Origin: an uncultured Solirubrobacterales bacterium
Lineage (GTDB): Bacteria > Actinomycetota > Thermoleophilia > Solirubrobacterales > Solirubrobacteraceae
Direction: 5' to 3'
DNA: 64,000 bases
Assembly (NCBI GenBank): GCA_963723075.1
Contig: CAVRPD010000001.1
Coordinates: 53,726 to 117,725, forward strand
Below the pieces are notes generated by a model. That model made no database searches. It was not told where the DNA came from and saw only the letters and a program-made list of their open reading frames with translations. Shown piece by piece: positions 9,545 through 17,853 of the stretch; the stretch's first letter is position 1; every line of letters starts with the position of its first letter. A program made the translations under genes and the position numbers.

Positions 9545-10243
9545 GTGGCGCCTCGCTCGAATCGCCTGACCGCCGTGAGTGAGACGACCGGGTTGCTGCG
9601 TCCCGGGCTGCTGGCGGGGGTCTCCGTCCTGGTGGCGGGCGCTCCCGAGCCGACAGGGACGCTTGGGGGCGCCGTGAGCGTCGCCTGCGCGGAGTTGGGT
9701 GCGCGCGTGGGCGGGTGCGCTGTGGATGCTTTCGCTGACGAGACCGCTGTGGAAGGGACGTTGGGCGCGGCGCTCGCCGAGGTCGGCGGTCCCGATCTGC
9801 TGGTGGTGGACGGCGGCGGTCTATTCGCCCAGGGGTCGGCGCGCGAGACTGAGGCGGGTGAGGAGGATGCGGAGGGGGATGGCGGCACCGGCGGGGAGGA
9901 TGCTCGGGTCGCGCTGAGCGCGTGCCTGGACGCAACCTGGAACGTGACGCGCGCCGTGACGAACCGCGCGTTTCTCGTGGATGAGCCGGGTTTGACCGGT
10001 GGGCGCGTCGTCTTCCTCGCGCCTGCACCCGGCGCGGGTCCGCATGCCGAGGCGGCCCGCGCGGGCCTCGAGAACCTCGCGCGCACCCTGTCGATCGAGT
10101 GGGCGCGCCATGGGGTCACGCTCGTGACGATTGCGCCGGGCGAGATGACCCCGGCGGGCGAGGTGGCGGCGCTGTGCGCCTACCTCGCCTCGCCCGCCGG
10201 AGCCTACTTCTCAGGGTGTCTGCTCGACCTCAGAGGACCCTGA
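9545..10243 (+). CDS. SDR-fold protein with degenerate cofactor and catalytic motifs
   Basis: C-terminal half resembles SDRs ('RVVFLAPAPG...AARAGLENLARTLSIEWARHGVTLVTIAPG...YLASPAGAYFSG'). The Gly-rich TGxxxGxG box and the YxxxK motif are not intact. Start uncertain. Confidence 0.6.
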   Translation: MAPRSNRLTAVSETTGLLRPGLLAGVSVLVAGAPEPTGTLGGAVSVACAELGARVGGCAVDAFADETAVEGTLGAALAEVGGPDLLVVDGGGLFAQGSARETEAGEEDAEGDGGTGGEDARVALSACLDATWNVTRAVTNRAFLVDEPGLTGGRVVFLAPAPGAGPHAEAARAGLENLARTLSIEWARHGVTLVTIAPGEMTPAGEVAALCAYLASPAGAYFSGCLLDLRGP

Positions 10244-10286
10244 GCGCCCCGTCGCCGTCCCGGTCTCGGTCCGTGGGCTCTCAGCC

Positions 10287-11114
10287 TCAGCCCGACATTC
10301 CGCCGAACAGGCCGCCCGTGATGTGCAGGGTCTGCCCGTGCACGTAGTTAGACCAGGGGGTGCACAGGAAGAAGATCCCCCCTGCCGCCTCCTCCGGCGT
10401 CGCAGGGCGGCCGAGCGGGATCAGCATCGCGGCCATCTGGCGCATCTGCTCGGGGATGCCGAGCTGGATCTTCTCGCCGTCCTTCTCCATCGTGTTCTCG
10501 TCGTCCTTCGCCTGCGTCAGGCGCGTGTCGATGAAGCCGAACGCGACCGCGTTGACGTTGACCTTGAACTGGCCCCACTCCTTGGCGATCGTTTTCGTCA
10601 GGCCGACCACGCCCGCCTTGCCGGCGGAGTAGTTGGCCTGGCCGGCGTTTCCGAACGTGCCCGAGGTGGAGGAGACGTTGACGATCTTGCGGAACACCTC
10701 CTTGCCTTCCTCGCGCTCCTTCTTCGCCGGCTCGCGCAGGTGCGGCGCCGCCGCGCGGATCACGCGGAACGGAACGACGGTGTGGATGTCGAGCATCGCC
10801 TGGAAGTGCTCGTCGGTCATCTTGTGCACAGGCGCGTCGATCGTGTAGCCGGCGTTGTTGACGATGATGTCGATCTTGCCGAACGCGTCGATCGCCTTGC
10901 GCACGAGCTGCTCCGGTGCGTCGCCCTTGGTCAGGTCGCCGGCGAAGACGGCCGTCTCGCCCGCGATCTCGCCGGCCGCCTGCTCGGCGACGTCGCCGTC
11001 GAGGTCGTTGATCAGGACCTGCGCGCCCTGCGCGACGAGCAGCTCAGCGGTTGCGCGCCCGATCCCGCGCGCCGAACCGGTGACGATCGCCGACTTGCCG
11101 TCTAGTACTCCCAT
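10287..11114 (-). CDS. Short-chain dehydrogenase/reductase (FabG-like)
   Basis: 'AIVTGSARGIGRA' (TGxxxGxG), 'NNAG' and 'YSAGKAG' (YxxxK). 275 aa. Confidence 0.88.
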   Translation of the reverse strand: MGVLDGKSAIVTGSARGIGRATAELLVAQGAQVLINDLDGDVAEQAAGEIAGETAVFAGDLTKGDAPEQLVRKAIDAFGKIDIIVNNAGYTIDAPVHKMTDEHFQAMLDIHTVVPFRVIRAAAPHLREPAKKEREEGKEVFRKIVNVSSTSGTFGNAGQANYSAGKAGVVGLTKTIAKEWGQFKVNVNAVAFGFIDTRLTQAKDDENTMEKDGEKIQLGIPEQMRQMAAMLIPLGRPATPEEAAGGIFFLCTPWSNYVHGQTLHITGGLFGGMSG

Positions 11115-11275
11115 GTCTGTCCGTCTCCTTGTCGCCTTGTCGATGTGGTGCGGAGACTATCCAAGCGCCTGCCCGGCGCGGCCCGGGGCCGGGAAGGCAC
11201 GCCTACGGCCGTGACGGGCCCCAGGTTGCATCTTCAAGCGCAGGCTCGTTCGACCGAGAGCCCGGACGGGGATCC

Positions 11276-12136
11276 TCACCCGGAGATGATCACGCCGAAG
11301 TCCTGCGTGTAGATCGCCCCGGCCTGACCGTGCGCGAGCGCGGCGGGCGCGTGCGGGGAGACGCCGATCGCGGTGTCGCGGAAGTGCGCGTCGAGGATGT
11401 TCGCGCGATGGCCGGGCGAGGCCATCCAGGCGGCGACGATCGCGTCGGGGGTGGCCAGCCACAGCGTGCCCCAGCCGATGTTCTCGCCGACTTCATAGCC
11501 GACCTGCGAGCTGTAGATGTAGTCCGCGGCGATCATGCGGCTGAGCGGTGTGTCGCCGCTCGGGCTCACGTGTTCGAAGTAATCCCCGTTCACCATGCTC
11601 TCGGTGTGGCCCTGGGCGGCCTGTTGGAGCTGCGCGTTGGGCTGCAGAGCGCCCTCGCCGTTCTCGGTCCGTTCGCGGTTGACGAGACACAGCGTGGCGG
11701 CGCGGATCGTTTCGAGGTTTTCCTCGTCGGGCGTGAGGCTCGCCCCAGGACAGCTGTCGCTTTTGGCTGCGGCCGGGTTGGGCCGAGCGTGGCTGTGGCG
11801 GTTCGTCGCGCGGCGCTTGACGGGCCGGTGTTTATGGGGATGCCGCGTTGCGGGGCGCGGCTGCGCGCAGCGCGCTCCGCCGTGTCGCCGGCGGCGGGCG
11901 TGGCGCTTGCTCGCGTGAAAGCTGCTGCGTTTGGCGCAGGCGGGGCCGCGGTGGGCATGCTTGCGTCCCGTGCTCGCCCTTGCGCCCGCGATTGGGGCGA
12001 AAAGGGCGCACAGGCAACAGGCCAACAGCGCGATCGTAAACGTGCAGCGGAATCGAGCCACGTCCAGGCATCGGCCGGTGAGCGGGCGAACATGAGCCCC
12101 GGCAGCGGTGTTGGACCGCTTCCCGGTCCTCCGCAC
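11276..12136 (-). CDS. Secreted CAP/SCP (YkwD-like) domain protein with a basic His/Arg-rich linker
   Basis: C-terminal 'LVNRERTENG...HTESMVNGDYFEHVSPSG...GENIGWG...AWMASPGHRANIL' is CAP-domain-like. The N-terminus has a signal-like 'FTIALLACCLCALFAPIAGARA'. Start uncertain. Confidence 0.7.
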   Translation of the reverse strand: MRRTGKRSNTAAGAHVRPLTGRCLDVARFRCTFTIALLACCLCALFAPIAGARASTGRKHAHRGPACAKRSSFHASKRHARRRRHGGARCAQPRPATRHPHKHRPVKRRATNRHSHARPNPAAAKSDSCPGASLTPDEENLETIRAATLCLVNRERTENGEGALQPNAQLQQAAQGHTESMVNGDYFEHVSPSGDTPLSRMIAADYIYSSQVGYEVGENIGWGTLWLATPDAIVAAWMASPGHRANILDAHFRDTAIGVSPHAPAALAHGQAGAIYTQDFGVIISG

Positions 12137-12171
12137 AGACCTGCTTGAGCGAAGCTAGACTCGCAGCGTTT

Positions 12172-12363
12172 ATGACCCGCAAGCGGGACATCGAGCAGTT
12201 TCGGCAGGCCTGCAAGGAGGCTGGATTGACCGTCCGTGAGCGCTACGAGGCTAGCCAGGCACTGCATGCCGAGAAGGAGGCCGGCGGTGGGCAGGATGAC
12301 ATGAGCTATGGAGAACTGCTGGCATGGCTGCGACAATGGAAGGACTCATGGCGACCGTCGTAG
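12172..12363 (+). CDS. Small hypothetical protein (63 aa)
   Basis: MTRKRDIEQFRQACKEAGLTVRERYEASQALHAEKEAGGGQDDMSYGELLAWLRQWKDSWRPS. Helical, charged and not shadow-like, in a locally lower-GC stretch. Its 3' end overlaps the next ORF start. Confidence 0.45.
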   Translation: MTRKRDIEQFRQACKEAGLTVRERYEASQALHAEKEAGGGQDDMSYGELLAWLRQWKDSWRPS

Positions 12364-12755
12364 CCCTGGATACCTCACCGACAACTGTTCTGCGCTCGAT
12401 GCGTGGCGCGATCGTCGATGCGGGTATCGCCTATCCAGATGTTCTCCACGTTGAAGTTCGCGACTCGAGCGGAGAGATCTGGCGTCTCGCTACCCAAGAT
12501 GCCGAGTTCTCGCCGTCTGACCCGGCTCAGCTGGTCGGGCGCTCGATCGACGACGCTGACATCGACGAGGAGTCCGGTGAGCTGCGTTGCGGACTGTCCG
12601 ACGGTTCAGTGCTCGACATCAAGCCCGCCGCCTCCGAGACAGATGAAGACCCGCCCTATTGGGAGCTGATCAGCCCCGCTGGAGTCGTCCTCGAGTTCGG
12701 CCCAGGAGTTCGCTGGCAGATCAGCGGCGCTGACGCGCCGGTCTCGCGTCGCTGA
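12348..12755 (+). CDS. Acidic hypothetical protein (135 aa)
   Basis: MATVVALDTSPTTVLRSMRG... The ATG at 12348 is preceded by GGAAGGA and overlaps the upstream stop by 16 nt. Asp/Glu-rich with no recognised domain. Confidence 0.5.
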   Translation: MATVVALDTSPTTVLRSMRGAIVDAGIAYPDVLHVEVRDSSGEIWRLATQDAEFSPSDPAQLVGRSIDDADIDEESGELRCGLSDGSVLDIKPAASETDEDPPYWELISPAGVVLEFGPGVRWQISGADAPVSRR

Positions 12756-12796
12756 AGAGCCTCGCGTCGCTGAAGAGCCGGCCTCGCGTCGCTGAG
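12743..12796. repeat. 18-bp tandem repeat (2 full copies plus 1 partial), each copy carrying TGA
   Basis: ctcgcgtcgctgaagagc occurs at 12743-12760 and 12761-12778. A partial copy ctcgcgtcgctgag lies at 12783-12796. The first copy contains the stop codon of CDS 12348..12755. Confidence 0.8.
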
Positions 12797-12798
12797 CT

Positions 12799-13941
12799 CT
12801 ACAGGCTGAGGACGCGACCGAGGATCTCGCGCATGATCTCGTCGCTGCCCCCGCCGATCGGGCCGAGGCGGGAGTCGCGCGCCGCGCGCTCGACCCAGTA
12901 CTCCTTCATGTAGCCGGCGCCGCCGTGGATCTGCAGGCACTCATCCATCAGCTCGAAAGAGGCGCGCTGGGTCAGGAGCTTGGCCATCGTGACCTCCTTC
13001 AGCGGTTCCTCTCCGGCGACGAAGCGGCGCAGCGCGTCGTATGTGACGCAGCGCGCGGTGTGAGCGCTGGTGGCGAGGTCGGCGAGCTTGTGTCTGATCG
13101 CCTGATGCTTTGACAGGGGGCGGCCGAAGGCTGTGCGCTCACGCGCGAACTCGGCCGTGCGCTCCCACGCGAGCGCCATCGCGCCGACCGCGCCGAGCGC
13201 CATCGCCAGACGCTCCCACTGGAAGTTGGCCATGATCTGCTTGAAGCCCTCGTGCTCCTCTCCGAGCAGGTTCTCCGCAGGGACGAACACGTCCTCGAAG
13301 GCGATCGTCGCCGTGTCGGAGGCATGCCAGCCGAGCTTCTCGAGCTTTGCCGACGTGACGCCCTCGCCGCGATCGACGATCAGGAACGAGATCCCATGGT
13401 GGCCGCCCTCGGCGGTCGTCTTCACGGCGGTGACGATGAAGTCCGCGCGGACGCCGTTGGTGATGTAGGTCTTCTCGCCGTTCACCACCCAGCCGCCGTC
13501 GACCCGCTCGGCACGCGTGGAGAGCGCCGCGACGTCCGAGCCCGCGCCCGGCTCGGTGATCCCGAGCGCGCCGATCTTCTCACCCCTGATCGCGGGCACG
13601 AGATAGCGCCGGTGGTGATCCTCGGTGCCGAACTTCCAGATCGGCGGCGTGGCGATGTTGATGTGCGCGCCGATCCCCGCGGCCGTCCCGCCCGAGCCGA
13701 TCCGCGCGAGCTCCTCCACCAGCACCGCCTCGTGCAGGTAGTCGCCGCCCTGCCCGCCGAGCTCCTCTGGGTACTTCAACCCGAGCAATCCCTGCCCGGC
13801 GAGCTTTTCAAAGACCTCATTCGGGAACCAGCGCGCGTCCTCCCACGCCTGCGCGTGCGGGGCAAGCTCACGGTCGAGGAAGCCGCGGATGGAGGTGCGC
13901 AGCTCCTCGTGCTCGTCGGTGAAGGGGGGCGTCGGCGGCAA
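12799..13941 (-). CDS. Acyl-CoA dehydrogenase
   Basis: 380 aa with 'GITEPGAGSD', 'KTYITNG' and 'QIHGGAGYMKEY', a typical ACAD layout. Confidence 0.92.
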   Translation of the reverse strand: MPPTPPFTDEHEELRTSIRGFLDRELAPHAQAWEDARWFPNEVFEKLAGQGLLGLKYPEELGGQGGDYLHEAVLVEELARIGSGGTAAGIGAHINIATPPIWKFGTEDHHRRYLVPAIRGEKIGALGITEPGAGSDVAALSTRAERVDGGWVVNGEKTYITNGVRADFIVTAVKTTAEGGHHGISFLIVDRGEGVTSAKLEKLGWHASDTATIAFEDVFVPAENLLGEEHEGFKQIMANFQWERLAMALGAVGAMALAWERTAEFARERTAFGRPLSKHQAIRHKLADLATSAHTARCVTYDALRRFVAGEEPLKEVTMAKLLTQRASFELMDECLQIHGGAGYMKEYWVERAARDSRLGPIGGGSDEIMREILGRVLSL

Positions 13942-13945
13942 AGAA

Positions 13946-15136
13946 TCAGAGGCCGTAGGAGCGCCCGATCACGTCGAGCATGATCTCGTCGGTGCCCGCG
14001 CCGATGCGGTTCAGCCGTGCGTCGCGCCAGACGCGCTCGACGCCGTACTCGCGCATGTAGCCCGCGCCGCCGTGGATCTGGATGCATTCGTCGGCCACTT
14101 CGCAGAGCACGCGCGAAGCGTGCAGCTTCGCCATCGAGATCTCGCGCACGGGGTACTCGCCGTTGTTGAAGCGCCACGCCGTGATGTAGGTCATCTGCCG
14201 CGCCGACTCGATTTTGGTGGCCATCTCGGCGAACTTGTGGCGGATCACCTGGAACTTGCCGATTTCGCGGCCGAACGCCTTGCGCTCGTGCGCATACTGC
14301 AGCGTGCGCTCGAAGCACTTCTGCGCGCCCGCCACCATCCCGGCCGCGCCGATCAGCCGCTCGCCCTGGAGCTCCCACATGATGTGGTAGAAGCCCTTGC
14401 CCACCTGGCCGAGCACGGCGGAGGCCGGCACGCGCACGTCCTGGAAGGCCAAGAGCGCCGTGTCGGAGGCGTGCATGCCGAGCTTCTCCAACCGCTTCTC
14501 GCGGATCACGCCGGGCGCGTCCATCGGCACGAGGAACAGCGTGAAGCCGTCATAGCCGGCGTCCGTATCGGTCTTCGTCACGAGCACGATCACGTCGGCG
14601 CGGTGGCCGTTCGTGATGTACGTCTTCGAGCCGTTGATCACGTAGTCCTCGCCGTCCTTGACAGCGCGCGTCTTGATCCCTTTCACGTCCGAGCCGGCGT
14701 CGGGCTCGGTGATGCCGAGACAGAGGATCTTCTCGCCCTTGATCGCCGGCACCACCCACTCCTGCTTCTGCTCCTCCGAGCCGAACGCGAGGATCGGCGG
14801 CATCGCCATGTCGGTGTGGACCGCGATGCCCATCGCCAGGCCGCCGGAGTTGCCGTTGGTGATCTCCTCCGCCAGCACCAGCGCGCTGTAGTAGTCGCCG
14901 CCCTGCCCGCCGTACTGCTCGGGCTTGTCGAGGCCGAGGAAGCCGAGCTCGCCCATGCGCGCGAACACCGAGTCGGGGAACGTCGTCTCCTCCCACTCCT
15001 CCGCGTGCGGGGCGAGCTCTTTGATCGCGAAGTTGCGGATCGACTCGCGCAGCTGTTCGTGCTCGTCGGTGAAGATGAAGTGCTTGCGCTGGCTCTGATG
15101 GTCGGGCTTGCGCACGCTCTCGGCGGTGGCGGCCAT
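13946..15136 (-). CDS. Acyl-CoA dehydrogenase
   Basis: Starts at MAATAESVRKPDHQ (ATG is the complement of 15134-15136) within ORF 13946..15694. It has 'GITEPDAGSD', 'KTYITNG' and 'QIHGGAGYMREY'. Confidence 0.92.
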   Translation of the reverse strand: MAATAESVRKPDHQSQRKHFIFTDEHEQLRESIRNFAIKELAPHAEEWEETTFPDSVFARMGELGFLGLDKPEQYGGQGGDYYSALVLAEEITNGNSGGLAMGIAVHTDMAMPPILAFGSEEQKQEWVVPAIKGEKILCLGITEPDAGSDVKGIKTRAVKDGEDYVINGSKTYITNGHRADVIVLVTKTDTDAGYDGFTLFLVPMDAPGVIREKRLEKLGMHASDTALLAFQDVRVPASAVLGQVGKGFYHIMWELQGERLIGAAGMVAGAQKCFERTLQYAHERKAFGREIGKFQVIRHKFAEMATKIESARQMTYITAWRFNNGEYPVREISMAKLHASRVLCEVADECIQIHGGAGYMREYGVERVWRDARLNRIGAGTDEIMLDVIGRSYGL

Positions 15137-15201
15137 TGGGGGATCTCTCCTCGGGTTCTGTGAAGTTGGCGGGGCGGGAAGGTAAGACGGAGCTGCTCGA
15201 C

Positions 15202-15250
15202 GGGACTGCGCCGGGACTGCGCGCCGGGGACTGCGCGACGGGACTTGTGC
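15202..15250. repeat. Four direct repeats of GGGACTGCGC (the last degenerate) in a divergent promoter region
   Basis: gggactgcgc occurs at 15202, 15213 and 15227, and gggacttgtgc at 15240. The period is 11-14 bp. Confidence 0.75.
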
Positions 15251-15302
15251 ACGCGAGCGCGCGACGCGACGCCAGGGGGAGGCTAACGGAGTCCTCAGAG
15301 AA

Positions 15303-15325
15303 AGTAAACAGTAGAGCTGCTTACT
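15303..15325. promoter_or_regulatory. Imperfect palindrome (putative operator) upstream of the crotonase/carboxyltransferase operon
   Basis: AGTAAACAG-tagag-CTGCTTACT has 8/9 complementary arms. It is AT-rich and ends 27 nt before the ATG at 15353. Confidence 0.4.
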
Positions 15326-15352
15326 TCCCACGAGCGGCGAGATCCGGTTAGG

Positions 15353-16153
15353 ATGGCGTTCGTGGGCGACACCTCCGACGAACCGGTCCTCTATGGCCTC
15401 GCCGACGGCGTGGCGACGATCACGCTGAACGAGCCCGACACGCGCAACGCGCTGTCGGCCGAGCTGCTCGCCGGGCTGCTCGCCGCCTTCGAGCGCGCCG
15501 AGCACGATTCCGGCGCGCGCTGTGTCGTGCTCTGCTCCGCGCACGAGCGCACCTTCTCCTCCGGCGCCAACCTCGGCGGGTTCGCCGGCGACGCGGCGCT
15601 CGTGCACAAGCACTTCGCGTCCGAGCGCTTCGTCGCCCTGTTTCGCCGGATCGGCTCGCTGACGAAGCCGACCTTGTGCGCGGTGCGCGGCCACGTGCTC
15701 GCGGGCGCGCTCGGGATCGCGCTCGCGTGCGATTTGATCGTCGCCTCCGAGGACGCCACGTTCGGCACGCCCGAGATCAACATCGGCACGTTCCCGTTCA
15801 TGATCATGGCGCTGATCTATCGCAACGTTCCCCGCAAGAAGGCCAACGAGCTGCTCCTGCTCGGCGAGCGCTGCTCAGCGCAGGAGGCGCTCGCGGCCGG
15901 GATCGTCAACAAGGTGGTGCCGGCGGAGGCGTTTGACGCGGCGGTTGCCGAGTGGGCGGCCAAGCTCGCGTCGAAGTCGCCCGCGATCATGCGTCTCGGC
16001 AAGGAAGCGATGCGCCGCCAGCTCGACATGCCCTTGGACGACGCGCTCGACTACCTGCGCGCACAGCTCTCGCTCGCGCTCTCGACCGAGGACATCGTCG
16101 AGGGCGTGACCGCGTTCTTCGAGAAGCGCGAGCCCGTTTGGAAAGGACGATGA
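15353..16153 (+). CDS. Enoyl-CoA hydratase/isomerase family protein
   Basis: 'TLNEPDTRNAL', 'GHVLAGALGIALACDL' and 'FFEKREPVWKG'. Its stop overlaps the next ATG (ATGA). Confidence 0.9.
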   Translation: MAFVGDTSDEPVLYGLADGVATITLNEPDTRNALSAELLAGLLAAFERAEHDSGARCVVLCSAHERTFSSGANLGGFAGDAALVHKHFASERFVALFRRIGSLTKPTLCAVRGHVLAGALGIALACDLIVASEDATFGTPEINIGTFPFMIMALIYRNVPRKKANELLLLGERCSAQEALAAGIVNKVVPAEAFDAAVAEWAAKLASKSPAIMRLGKEAMRRQLDMPLDDALDYLRAQLSLALSTEDIVEGVTAFFEKREPVWKGR

Positions 16154-17709
16154 GCACCTCCTTGCTGCGCCCGCTGGTCGAAGATCTCGAGGCGCGCCGC
16201 GCGCAGATCTCACTCGGCGGGGGGGAGGAGAAGATCGCAAAGCAGCACGCGCGCGAGAAGCTCACCGCGCGCGAGCGGATCGCGCTGCTCGTGGACGATG
16301 GGACGTTCGTCGAGCTCGGCATCCATGCCCGGCCGCACTTCTCCCAGCGCTCGATGGACGGCGTGGACGCGCCCGCGGACGGCGTGATCACCGGCTACGG
16401 CAAGGTCGCCGGCCGGCTGACGGCGGTGTGCGCGTATGACTTCACCGTGATGGCCGGCTCGATGGGGATGACCGGCGAGATCAAGGTCACGCGCCTGCGC
16501 GAGCTGGCGCTGACGAAGCGCCTTCCCTTCGTCTGGCTGCTCGACTCCGCCGGCGCGCGCGTGCAGGAGGCGGCCGGGTCGCTGTTCGCGGGCTCCGGGC
16601 ACCTGTTCCGCGAGGAGGTGATCATGAGCGGCGTGATCCCGCAGGTCGCGGCGCTGATGGGACCGTGTGCGGCCGGCACCGCCTACATCCCGGGCCTCGC
16701 GGACTTCGTGCCGATGGTCAAGGGTCGCGGCTCGATGGCGCTCGCCGGCCCGCACCTCGTGCGTGCCGCCGTCGGCGAGGACGTGACCCAGGAGGAGCTC
16801 GGCGGCTCGCGCGTGCACTGCCGCAAGTCGGGCGTCGGCGACATGGAAGTGGACGACGATGAGCACTGCATCGAGCAGATCAAGCGCTACCTGTCGTTCA
16901 TGCCGCAGAGCTGTGAAGAGACGCCGCCGATCCTGCCGCTCAGCGACCCGATCGACCGGCGCGAGGAGGACCTGCTCGACGTGCTGCCCGAGTCGAACCG
17001 CAAGCCGTATGACATGTACGAGGTGATCCGCCGAATCGTCGACGACGGCGACTACTTCGACATCAAGGGTCAGTGGGCCAAGACGATCATCACGTGCTTC
17101 GCCCGCTTCGGCGGCCGTCCCGTGGGGATCGTCGCCAATCAGCCCAAGCAGCTCGGCGGCATCCTCGACAACGACTCGGCCGACAAGGCCGCGCGCTTCG
17201 TGAACCTGTGCAACGCCTTCGCGATCCCGCTCGTCTTCCTGCAGGACGTGCCGGGCTTCATGGTCGGCACGAAGGTCGAGGCGGCCGGCATCATCCGTCA
17301 CGGCGCGAAGATGCTCTACGCGGTCGCCAACGCGACCGTGCCGAAGATCACCGTGATCACGCGCAAGGCCTACGGCGCCGGCTACTACGTGATGAACGGC
17401 CGCGCCTACGAACCGGACCTGATCGTCGCCTGGCCGTCCGCCGAGATCAGCGTGATGGGCGCCGAGGGGGTTGTGGAGATCGCCTTCCGCAAACAGGTCG
17501 ACGAGGCCGAGGATCCCGAGGCGAAGAAGGCGGAGCTGATCGAGGGCTTTCGCAAGATCTTCGATGTGTACATCGCCGCCGGCAACGATCTGATCGACGA
17601 CGTGATCGATCCGCGCGAGACCCGCGAGACGATCTGCCGCGCGCTCGAGATGTCGGCCGGGAAGAAGGTCGAGCGGCCATGGAAGCGCCACGGAGTGGTA
17701 CCCGTATGA
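16150..17709 (+). CDS. Acyl-CoA carboxylase carboxyltransferase (beta) subunit (PccB/MccB/AccD-like)
   Basis: MSTSLLRPLVEDLEARR..., 'DFTVMAGSMG', 'GPCAAGTAYIPG', 'ANQPKQLGGILD' and 'RKAYGAGYYVM'. ATG at 16150 lies inside ORF 15952..17709. Confidence 0.9.
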   Translation: MSTSLLRPLVEDLEARRAQISLGGGEEKIAKQHAREKLTARERIALLVDDGTFVELGIHARPHFSQRSMDGVDAPADGVITGYGKVAGRLTAVCAYDFTVMAGSMGMTGEIKVTRLRELALTKRLPFVWLLDSAGARVQEAAGSLFAGSGHLFREEVIMSGVIPQVAALMGPCAAGTAYIPGLADFVPMVKGRGSMALAGPHLVRAAVGEDVTQEELGGSRVHCRKSGVGDMEVDDDEHCIEQIKRYLSFMPQSCEETPPILPLSDPIDRREEDLLDVLPESNRKPYDMYEVIRRIVDDGDYFDIKGQWAKTIITCFARFGGRPVGIVANQPKQLGGILDNDSADKAARFVNLCNAFAIPLVFLQDVPGFMVGTKVEAAGIIRHGAKMLYAVANATVPKITVITRKAYGAGYYVMNGRAYEPDLIVAWPSAEISVMGAEGVVEIAFRKQVDEAEDPEAKKAELIEGFRKIFDVYIAAGNDLIDDVIDPRETRETICRALEMSAGKKVERPWKRHGVVPV

Positions 17710-17826
17710 GGCCCGTATGCCTGCGCGCTACGGCGTCCTCAGTCGCTCGTGTGCGGAGCACACTTCGCGAATTGCCTGTGCCCGTCAGGGTGCGTCCTTG
17801 TATCGCTTGGCCTACGGGCCTCATAC
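17704..17826 (+). repeat. Long-range 14-bp perfect inverted repeat enclosing an internal hairpin (intercistronic)
   Basis: GTATGAGGCCCGTA (17704-17717) is complementary to TACGGGCCTCATAC (17813-17826). An internal hairpin gtgtgc-gga-gcacac lies between them. The left arm spans the carboxyltransferase stop codon. Confidence 0.7.
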
Positions 17827-17853
17827 CGCGTAATGATTCAGCCGAGGTGAGTC

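Noticed and set aside
8797-10119. 440-aa minus-strand ORF
   Set aside because: It has a Pro/Ser/Arg/Asp/His-rich composition and lies antisense to a convincing membrane protein gene and the SDR-like gene.
16210-17691. 493-aa minus-strand ORF antisense to the carboxyltransferase
   Set aside because: It has shadow composition (Arg/Asp/His/Leu/Ala repeats). The sense strand has canonical carboxyltransferase motifs.
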